The position numbers and the translations under genes are program-made. 64,000 nucleotides of DNA, from NCBI GenBank assembly GCA_051047955.1, contig JBPGPT010000007.1, positions 1 to 64,000 of the forward strand, written 5' to 3'. Of the stretch, positions 54,110-64,000 are shown in pieces. The notes beneath the pieces are model-generated. The model did no database searches, was not told the DNA's origin, and was given only the letters and a program-made list of their open reading frames with translations. The DNA is from Cystobasidiomycetes sp. EMM_F5. Taxonomy: Eukaryota. The stretch's first letter is position 1; every line of letters starts with the position of its first letter.

Positions 54110-54584
54110 ATGACGCGTGAGGGGACTTCATTATGAACGATGAGCCCTATGACGCCCAAACCTGACGGGGGTGTATATCCAACTTATAATGGAACAAAAG
54201 GAGGGAATCAGCGCGAAAATGATAGGGAGAGAGCAGCCAAAAAGGTGAGGGGAAGAAATGATACATCTGTTGAGGAATTGCTGATATTGATACGATTCGC
54301 AGGCTGGGAAACCAAAGAATACCGAATCCAATACCGCGTTTATAAAGCGCAAGGAAAACGACGCAGAGTGGGCTGATTGTTCATTTCTTATTGAGATGGA
54401 CGAGCTGATGAATAATATATCCAGAATCATGCGCCAGAAGCAGCTGGTGCGGTCTTGTTTCGAATTACTTGCAATAAAACACTGCTAATACATACAAATA
54501 ACACAGGCAGCCGAACAGAAAAAGGCCGCAGCTGCTACAAATGGAGGGACAACTGCAACTGCGCAGTCCAAGGGCAAGACGTAA
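54110..54584 (+). CDS. Small EDRK-rich factor (SERF/4F5 family), 5 short exons
   Basis: Spliced MTRGNQRENDRERAAKKAGKPKNTESNTAFIKRKENDAEIMRQKQLAAEQKKAAAATNGGTTATAQSKGKT*; all introns GT-AG. Confidence 0.85.
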
Positions 54585-54813
54585 AGGCGAGGAGCATTTG
54601 GATATCCTATACTTCAATCTCAAGAATGGCCGTATTGCTCGGCAACCGTCTGTAGGAAACGCACAGGAATAAGCACACATCATGTTGTCGCTCTATAGAT
54701 TACAACAGAGGCAGTCGCAGTGTAATAAGATATCGTTTCGACGTCCTTTATTGACTGCAATGAATTTCAAATTTGAACCATTGCCAGGCTTGTCGCAGTC
54801 CAATTAGACCAAA

Positions 54814-56078
54814 ATGACTCAACTCGACTCTGGCCATGACACTGCTGCCTCCAATGTGCTGCCATCCATGTCGCGGCATCCCTCCGTCGCTGCCGCTGTC
54901 CGGGCTGTTGGATTGACGAGCTCACCGCGAAGTCGAAACGTCGTTAGAATTGGAACCCGGGGCTCAGCGCTGGCAATCGTGCAGGCCACCGCCGTCAAGG
55001 AAGGGCTGGAGAGGGCGATGGAGGGGTCGGGGATCTCGTTTGAGCTCGCCCCGATGAGCGTAGCGGGCGACAGAAACAAGGTGGAGCCGCTGTATCTGAT
55101 GGGCGGAAAGGCGCTCTGGACGAAGGATCTCGAGGTCGCATTGGTCGCGGATATAGTCGACTGTATCGTACATTCCCTCAAAGACGTCCCCACTTCCCTC
55201 CCCGACGGCTGCGAACTGGCGGCAGTCACGAAACGAGAGGATCCCAGAGATGCCTTTGTCGCAAAAGCCGGGAGCAGGTATACTTCGCTGGGCGACTTGC
55301 CGGCTGGGAGTTGTGTTGGGAGTTCGAGTGTGCGGAGAGTCGCGCAGATGCGGAGAGCTTACCCACATTTGACGTTTAAAGATTGCAGAGGAAACATGTA
55401 GGGTCTGGCATACAACGCTCTATACTCATGCTAACGATATACCACAGCGACACTCGTCTAAACAAGCTCGACGCACCGGACGGACCCTTTGACGCGCTCA
55501 TTCTCGCTTCTGCGGGGCTGCTACGGACAAATCAAGGACATCGCATTACTGCCTCGCTCTCTTCGCCGACGATGCTGCACGCTGTTGGGCAGGGAGCTAT
55601 TGGAATTGAGATTAGGAGTAGTGACGACAGGATGAGGGGGATGCTTGCGAGATTAAACGACGTCGAGACGGAGTGGAGAACGGCTGCTGAACGGACAATG
55701 CTGAGGGTGCTGGAGGGAGGGTGTTCTGTGCCGGTGGGAGTGGAGACGGAGTTGGAGAGGGAGACGGGGAACACAGGGAGCAGCACACTGACTCTCAAGG
55801 CGGTCATTGCGTCTCTCGACGGGCAGACGTGCATCCAGCACACCATTTCACGGCCAGTCTCATCGCGAGACGAGGCCGAGCAGGTCGGGACAGACATGGC
55901 TGCCCACCTCATCGACAGAGGGGGCCAGGCTATCCTCGAGGAGCTCGGGAGGATAGTCGAGAGCAAGAATGTGAGCGGGGTCAACGACGCCGTGGCCATG
56001 CAGAAGAAGCAAGCTGCTGCTCCGTCGCATTCAACGCTAGCGGGAGGGCGACTGCGGGAACAGGTAACGATAGCATAA
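54814..56078 (+). CDS. HEM3: Porphobilinogen deaminase (hydroxymethylbilane synthase)
   Basis: [62 protein letters not shown]; one intron. Start may be 54868. Confidence 0.95.
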
Positions 56079-56719
56079 GCTAGAGCAGTGGATGCTGTCT
56101 GAAGACGCTCAGCCCACCTTTTCCACATCGTCTGTACAGTTTGATTGCCCGTTCCATTGCCCTGCCCGCGATTTCCCGATTGGCAGCCATCCAACAGGAC
56201 GATACAGGGTGAGGCTGGAGGATTCAGCGATACGACAGCGAGCACGCAGCTGACGAGCACGTCGACCTCACCATCGCACTCTGCGACGCCGATAGACCCA
56301 GTGCCCGCTTTTCCCGATTTGAAATACCTCAATTTTGAGATTACTCGAAACGGATATCTTATGGTGAGTTTGTGGTTTATGGGAGTGTTGATGGATGATT
56401 ACTGAGTTGCAATGGCGTTTATTATCAGCACAAGACCGGAAGAACCTGTGCGTCGTTTTCCGGGAGCTCGAGGTCTTCGTTGAGAGTGGCAGGCTGACTT
56501 TTGATTTCGATATTGTATTCACTGATGTGTCGACGATTGATCAATACTGGTCACTCTTTACATCCCGCTGATGCTGTGGATACCGCTATTTGATGATTTC
56601 CGTCCCTCGCCGTCTCCAGTCTCCGTCGTATCCTGCATTTTCGCAACCCATTACTACCCAAACCCGCTCAGTCTCTGAACGGACTTGATTAGCAAAGCAA
56701 TCCAAGCATATCAATCAAC

Positions 56720-58735
56720 ATGGTCTCTGCACCCGTCACCAACGGCCACAGTGCCAATGGACACGCCAACGGACATAGCAACGGACATGCCAATGGCCAT
56801 GCCGCAAATGCAAATGGTCACAGCAACGGTCACGCTGCGCCATCGGTAGACCCTACCGCGGCAGTACGCCCTGCCGAGCCCATCAAGGTACACTCGGACA
56901 AGGTCACGTACACTGACGAGCACATCACGTCAAAGTACGAGTACACGACCACCTCGGTCAAGCTCAACGATGGCAGATACGAAGTCACTCCAAACACCTC
57001 TACCTACGAGTTCCGCACTGAGCGCAAGGTGCCCAAGCTCGGTGTCATGTTGGTCGGATGGGGCGGAAATAATGGCTCGACCCTGACTGCCACCATTCTG
57101 GCAAACAAGCACAACATTACCTGGAACACCAAGGATGGTCTCCACACGCCAAACTACATTGGATCGCTCCTTCGAGCTTCCACTGTCCGTCTTGGTGTCA
57201 ATGCCGAGACGGGTGCAGATGTCAATGTACCCTTTTCGGACCTCGTTCCGATGGTCCACCCCAACGACATTGTTCTCGGAGGATGGGATATTTCATCCTT
57301 TACCCTCGACCGTGCCATGTCGCGCGCTCAGGTACTCGAGTACGATCTGCAGCGCCAGCTTGCCCCGTACATGTCTGAGCTCAAGCCGCTCCCGTCCATC
57401 TACTATCCGAGCTGGATCAACGCCAACCAGACTGCCCGAGCAGACAATCTCCTTCCCAACGGAGACCAGAGCAACGATAAGCAAGCTCATCTCGATGCCA
57501 TTCGTGGACACATTCGCGACTTTAAGACCGATAATGGTCTCGACAAGGTGATTGTCCTGTGGACTGCCAATACCGAGCGATACGCCGATATCGTCCCAGG
57601 TGTCAATGACACTGCCGAGAATATCCTCAAGTCGATCGAGAGTTCCGAAGAGGAGATTGCACCTTCGACCCTGTTTGCTGTTGCGTCCATTCTCGAGGGC
57701 GTGCCGTACATTAATGGCGCACCGCAAAACACCTTTGTACCGGGTGTCATTGAGCTCGCAGAGCAGCACCGTGCATTCATTGCAGGTGACGATTTCCGTA
57801 CTGGCCAGACTCGTCTCAAGGCATGCCTCGCAGAGATGCTCATCAATGCTGGTCTCAAGCCGCTTGCCGTCGTCAGCTACAACCATCTCGGCAACAACGA
57901 TGGCGTGAGTGGGAGAGTGTAGCACGATGAGCGTATAGCGCGCTGATGTTTATACGTGTGAAGAAAAACTTGAGCGGACAAGCACAGTTCCGATCCAAGG
58001 AGATTTCCAAGGCTTCGGTCATGTGGGTCATTACGCATGAAACCATGTCAGAATATGCTGATAAGTCTGTCTACGTAATTAGCGACGACATGGTGCACAA
58101 CAACCACCTCCTGTACCCACGCGGCAAGGATGGTCAGCCGCAGGGTCAGCCCGACCACACGGTCGTCATCAAGTATGTCCCTGCCGTAGGTGACGACAAG
58201 AGAGCGTGAGTGCTGCGAAAGAGTCCATTACAGCAGCGCGATAGATGCTGATGTTGTGATATGAACAGTCTCGACGAGTACTATTCGGAGATTGTCAGTT
58301 TACATGTTTAGTAGGGTCGAGAAGGATGCTGACATGCTACTTCTTTTCAGATGATGGGCGGTAAGAGCACCATTAGCATCTTCAATGTCTGCGAGGACTC
58401 TTTGCTCGCTTCACCAATCATTCTTGATCTGGTTCTGCTTGCCGAGTTTCTTGGCCGAGTCACCTACCGCGATGCTTCGTCGGGAGAAGACTTCCAGGCC
58501 ATGTACTCCATCCTGTCGCTTCTCAGTCTGATGCTCAAGGTGGGCCGGTGCAGAGCTGAACAGAATCGAGAACGTGTCTGACTGTGTTTTATGACAGGCC
58601 CCACTCGTCAAGCCAGGCACTCCAGTTGTCAATGGCTGGTCCCGCCAACGCTCTGCTCTGGAAAACTTCCTCCGAGCCTGCATCGGCATGGCTCCTGAGC
58701 ACTCGATGGAGCTCGACACCAAGATGGTGTGGTAG
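56720..58735 (+). CDS. INO1: myo-inositol-1-phosphate synthase
   Basis: [55 protein letters not shown]; multi-exon 3' half. Confidence 0.95.
56741..56833 (+). repeat. Coding Asn-Gly-His tandem repeat at the INO1 N-terminus
   Basis: [31 protein letters not shown] (7 NGH units). Confidence 0.85.
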
Positions 58736-58994
58736 AGGATGAATGACCGTTTAGACTGTTTGGAATGAGCTTTTTACTGCGTTGAACTTGGTGCTAGCTA
58801 GCTAGACGCTATCTCTACATCGTACACACCACCGTTGTCTGCCATCTGCAATGCCATCCTCTATACCTGCAATCTTTTGCTTCTCCTTTGCGACTCTTTG
58901 CCATTTTTCCCCTCGATCAGCCTTCCCGGACTCCAACTCGGGAGACCCTTTTCGACAACTCTGCCAATTGAACAGCAATATCTCTGAGCAAACC

Positions 58995-59682
58995 ATGGCG
59001 AAACTAGCGAAACCGGGCAAGGTGGTAGTGGTGAGCGGGCATGGACGGGTGCTTGGTGGAGAAGGAAAGAATGGCCAGCTCACTGCCTTCTTTTTTCCGC
59101 TCATTTATCGCAATTAATTATCAACGACGACGACGACGACGAATAACAATGAATATTATTATTACGACTATCCTATCGATGGGACATCAGATCCTATCCG
59201 GTCGCATGGCCGGGCGAAAGGCCGTCATCATCAAGCAAAGCGACGAGGGTACAAAAGAGAGGCCGTACCCGCACGCTATCGTAGCAGGCGTAGACCGGTA
59301 CCCGCGCAAGGTGACGAAGCGTATGGGAGCCAAGAAGGTGTCCAAGAGGTCGAAAGTGAAGCCGTTTGTCAAGGTTGGGGAGGGGAACTACGCAGAAAGA
59401 CGGGGGGAAGTGCTGACGGTTTATTTTACCCAGTCCATCAACTACAACCACATCATGCCCACACGGTATGCGCTCGAGCTGGATGCGCTCAAGGGAGCCC
59501 TCTCGGCCGACACGATGAAGGAGTCGTCGCAGAGGGAGGACGCCATGAAGAATATCAAAAAGGTGTTTGAGCAAAAGTACCAGGCCGGGCAAAACAAGTG
59601 GTTCTTTACGCCGCTAAGAGTGGGTGGTGTGTATGATGTGGATTTGGATGTCGTTCTGACGTTTCATCTCCTCCAGTTTTGA
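58995..59682 (+). CDS. RPL27: 60S ribosomal protein L27 (eL27), 4 exons
   Basis: MAKLAKPGKVVV|ILSGRMAGRKAVI..YPHAIVAGVDRYPRKV..KVKPFVK|SINYNHIMPTRY..NKWFFTPLR|F*. Confidence 0.95.
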
Positions 59683-59908
59683 ATGGCCGTTGGTTGCTGT
59701 TGCTCGTCGTACCTTGCTTTCACATCGAGTTGTACACTGTCGTAGCAGTTTCTGCGCAATGCATCTTATTCCGTGATGACGTTGATGGACCATGCTGACT
59801 GATGTTGCCTTTGCCTGCCGTTGAGAGTGTTGCAGACCATTTCCATGTCCAACTTTGCCCTTCTCTTCTCTTTCTTTCTCTTACTGACTACTGACTTATA
59901 AACAAAAC

Positions 59909-62900
59909 ATGCCACGGAGCCCGTCTCCGGATGCGAGTCGCTACAAGCGAGCGAGGCTGGACGAGGGAAGCGGGAGCAGTTTGAGGGGAGCAAGTGGAGC
60001 TGCGTCGTCGTTGTCGTCGTCTGGAGTGAACGGACGATACGATGACCGGAGGAGCAGGGGGGAGAGGGAGCGGGACAGGGAAAGGGAAAGAGAACGAGAA
60101 CGAGAACGCGACAAGGACAAGGACACTCGCCGTCGACGGTCATCGCGAGAGCGGGAGAGCGGGAGTCATGCTGAGGGTAGTCGGCGGCACGAGAGGGAGC
60201 GGGAGAGGGACAGAGAGAGGGACAGAGAGCGAGAGAGAGACGGCAGACGATACTCGGAGCATCGACACTCTTCAGAGCGAACGAGAACGGCCAGTCCAAG
60301 TCATGTTGGAGAGTCGCGGCAGAATGGTCATTCAACAACAACGACGACGACGACGACGAGCACTCTCAAGCAGACTACACCGACAGCCACGTCGACCAGC
60401 AGCAATTCCAAACCAAACGGCGTATCATTGTCGGAAACGGCAGAAGAAGAAAAGTTGCGATTGAAACGAGAACGGCTCGAAGCTTGGAAGGCAAAGAAGG
60501 CGGCGGAGGCTGGCAGTAAACGTGAGTGGGCAGTGGTATAATGCTGGTGCATGTCTGCAGTTTGGCTGATTTTGACTGCGTTTTCGATGGACAAAGCTCC
60601 AATACCATCAACTTCAGCAGCCGCACCTGTACCACTACCAGCATCCACATCATCCAAACCATCCGCTTCGTCCAAACCATCATCCTCAATCGCAACTGCC
60701 GCCCGTCTGGGTCTCCCCATCGCAGCTGGACTGCCGAGCAAACCCGTACTTCCAGCTGCGTCTTCGCCATTGTCAACTACTACAGGGACATCCACCATAC
60801 TCCGCTCAGCTCCAGTCGGACTGCCCAAGAAACCTTCCTTTAATGCTTTCGGGAAATCAGTCGCCAAAGGAAGGGCAACCGCTGCCGGGATGATGGGCAT
60901 GATGGACGACGATGAGGGTAAAAAGGCGGAACTGTACAAGCCAGAACAGGGTGGTGTCATCGAAGGTGGTCTGGAGCCTGATAAACCGACCGCCGAGCAG
61001 CTCGAACAGATTCGAAAGCAAGATGACCTCTTGGCGGAAAGCAATGCTGCCGCAAAAGCAGCTGCAGAGGCAGACGATAACGCACAGGCAGATGGTATGG
61101 ATGTCGACAACGATCCAACCAGGATGCGCATCAATGAAGAGCAAGACGAAGACGACGAATTGGCAGATGGTGGTCCTTCTGTAAAAGCCGCTCCGCTCAC
61201 AGTCGCACAGCGCGAAGCTGAGCGCGAGGAGCGGGAAGCGGCAGAGATTCAAGCACGGCAGACGGCATCCATGGATGTCGACGGCGAGGATGAAGAGGTC
61301 GATCCGCTCGATGCCTTCATGGCAAGCGTCGAAAAGGAGAAGAAGCAAGTCGATCGCGATGATGCCAAACGTGGAGGTCCCGTGAAAGTGAACGGCAACA
61401 CCAACGGCGACAGTACAGCTACGCAGGACGCCAAAGGAAAAGGCAAAGCGAAAGCGACAGGTCTCGTAGACGCTTTTGCCGACGATTCCGACTCTGGACC
61501 TGAACTGCCCGACCTCGATGACTACGACAAGACCAGCTTACGTGCAGAAGACATCATGGCCCTTGCGCAAAAGAAGCTCAAGAAGCGTGATTTGGTCGCG
61601 GTAGATCACAACAAGGTCAAGTACGAACCATTCCGGAGAGCATTCTACCATCCACCACCAGAGATTGCGGAAATGTCAGAGGAAGATGCAGAAGCCCTTC
61701 GCGTCGAGCTGGACAACATCAAGATACGAGGTGTCGATTGTCCAAAGCCCATAACAAAATGGTCGCACTGCGGGCTGCCTTCAGTGTGGTAAGTCTGGCA
61801 TGCCATATTGGATGCCTTCATGCCTAATCTATTTTCTTTCTCGCAGTCTGGACGTTATAAGGTCACTAGGGTACCCTAAACCGACCTCCATTCAGTCGCA
61901 AGCCATACCTGCAATCATGTCGGGCCGAGATATGATTGGTGTAGCGAAGACAGGATCCGGCAAGACGTTGGCATTCCTCCTCCCTCTCTTGCGGCATGTC
62001 AAAGACCAGCGACCATTGGATGCTTTAGAAGGCCCCATAGCAATGGTCATGACACCCACGCGAGAGCTGGCTACGCAGATCGCCCGAGAAGTCAAGCCAT
62101 TTCTAAAATCGCTCAATCTTCGCGTTACTGCCGCGTATGGAGGCTCACCTCTCAAGGACAACATTGCAGACATGAAACGTGGTGCCGAAGTCATTGTATG
62201 CACACCTGGGCGAATGATTGAATTACTCATAACAAACAGCGGACGCATCATCAATTTGAGACGGATCACTTACCTAGTCCTCGACGAAGCAGACCGCATG
62301 TTTGATATGGGTTTTGAGCCGCAAGTCATGAAGATTCTCGGCCAGATACGACCAGATCGCCAGACGGTGTTGTTTTCTGCTACCTTTCCGAGATCGATGG
62401 AAGCCCTCGCCAAGAAAGTCCTGCGCAAGCCTCTGGAGATTACCGTCGGCGGACGCAGTGTTGTCGCAGCTGAGATCGAGCAGGTCATCGAAGTGAGGGA
62501 CGAGAGCACCAAGTTCAACAGACTTCTAGAGCTCTTAGGCCGAACATACAATGATGATCCGGACACCCGGACATTAGTCTTCGTACATCGTCAAGATTCG
62601 GCCGATAACCTACTACGCGATCTTTTGGGTAAGAACTACGCCTGCATGTCGTTGCACGGGGGCAAAGATCAGGTCGATAGAGATGCTGTCATCCAAGATT
62701 TCAAAAAGGGCATTGTTCCCATCGTCATCGCTACTTCTGTCGCTGCCCGCGGACTCGATGTCAAACTGCTCAAGCTCGTCGTAAACTACGATTGTCCCAA
62801 CCACATGGAGGACTATGTGCATCGAGCTGGTCGTACTGGTCGCGCTGGCAATAAAGGCACTTGTGTGACATTCATTACGCCCGACCAAGACAAGTATGCT

Positions 62901-63885
62901 GTTGATCTACAAAAGGCTTTGGAAGCGTCAAATGCTCCGGTTCCTGACGACTTGAAGAAATTGGCAGACAGTGCGTTGACAACCTGCTTGAAACCTTATC
63001 GTTATGGTATGCTAAACTGTTACATTGTGTGGCCGACTAGGTTTCATCGACAAGATCAAGTCTGGCAAGGCAACCGCTGCCTCATCTGGATTTGGAGGCA
63101 AAGGGCTGGAGAAGCTTGATCAAGAGCGCAATGCGAAGGAGAAGGCACAACGTAGTGCATACGGCGAGGAAGAGACAAACAAAGAAGCTGAAGGCGAGGA
63201 TGAGGACGGCAAGACTGCTGCCGACGGCAAGACTGCTGATGGCGCATCTGCCCGTCCTGCCAACTTGCCGCCCGATATGCCCGACTTTGTTGTCGAGGTT
63301 CGAAGTGGACCAGCTCCACCTGACGGTGGTAGACGTATTCCAACCATCAAGCTCAATGATGCAAATGCTGCTGCCCTTGCTGCCGCGGAGGCTGCGGCGA
63401 AAGCTGCTGGGATTGATGCCTCGGGTATCAGTAAAGCTCAAAGCGTTATTGCCAGGCTCACAGCTAGTATCCAAGCCAAGAAGCAGCAGCAATTCGGCAG
63501 CGCTCCAGGCAACGCTGCTGGTGCTGCGGTCGATGCTGAGATGGATGCTGCACGTCGTCACGACCCGGATGCAACCGACTTTCACGCCATCGTTCCCATC
63601 AACGAACAGATTCAGAAAGCAAGGTGGAAGATCACGAATAAGGAGACTATGGCAAGACTCATTGAGGAGACGGGAGCCAGCGTCACAAACAAAGGCGTAT
63701 TCTACGATAAAGGCAAGGAACCTGGTCCAGACGATCCTCCAAAGCTTCATCTTCTCGTCGAGAGCAATTCATATCAGGCTGTCGACCATGCTGTGCGCAT
63801 GATCAAGCAGGTTCTCATCGATGCTACAATTTCGGCGCTAGAAGCAGACGCCAACCGGCCGCAGACTGGGAGATACACTGTATGA
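59909..63885 (+). CDS. PRP5: Pre-mRNA-processing DEAD-box helicase Prp5/DDX46
   Basis: RE/RD-rich N-terminus, DPLDAFM motif, [30 protein letters not shown]-terminal KH-like region ending GRYTV*. Confidence 0.95.
60058..60241 (+). repeat. Purine-rich coding repeats (RE/RD dipeptides) in PRP5
   Basis: GAACGA and GAGAGG-type repeats encoding [21 protein letters not shown]. Confidence 0.8.
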
Positions 63886-64000
63886 TAACAGAACGTCCAG
63901 TTTTCTCTACAAAAATCTGCGTGCATTGGCAACCACCTGATTGTTGCGCATCATTCGCTGATTGCCTACGGAGCTCGCGCCTTACATTCCTGATTTTTGC

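Noticed and set aside
56340..56680. Possible C/D snoRNA or 5' UTR intron upstream of INO1 (GTGAGT, TGATGA, CTGA words)
   Set aside because: Box spacing and terminal stem are not convincing, and I could not verify an rRNA-complementary guide.
57293..57925. 210-aa antisense ORF over INO1, and similar ORFs at 33488-34018, 55532-56332, 60328-61200 and 63082-63750
   Set aside because: Shadow ORFs expected from codon bias on the opposite strand of real genes; no recognisable motifs.

Overview
Gene-dense, intron-rich eukaryotic DNA from a fungus. The many short (~50-70 nt) GT-AG introns with CTRAC/CTRAT branch points, the microexons and the protein styles suggest a basidiomycete yeast; the lineage is my inference. 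About 23 multi-exon protein-coding genes can be reconstructed. Most are housekeeping or cell-biology genes: ARP1, BMT2, RVS167-like, an ADAM protease, TOM1/HUWE1, a LIM-RhoGAP, a C2H2 factor, NPY1, BIM1, HSP104, SERF, HEM3, INO1, RPL27 and PRP5. Embedded at 32.5-46.7 kb is a complete, contiguous seven-gene quinate/shikimate catabolic cluster: permease, dehydrogenase, type II dehydroquinase, IMPase-like gene, AROM-derived repressor, Zn2Cys6 activator and dehydroshikimate dehydratase. This system is classically described from ascomycetes (Neurospora qa, Aspergillus qut). Here it has a different gene arrangement, an atypical and possibly bacterial-type dehydroquinase motif, and candidate shared upstream activator sites. 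No rRNA, tRNA, transposon or CRISPR feature could be supported. CDS coordinates are whole-gene spans including introns, from manual splicing.
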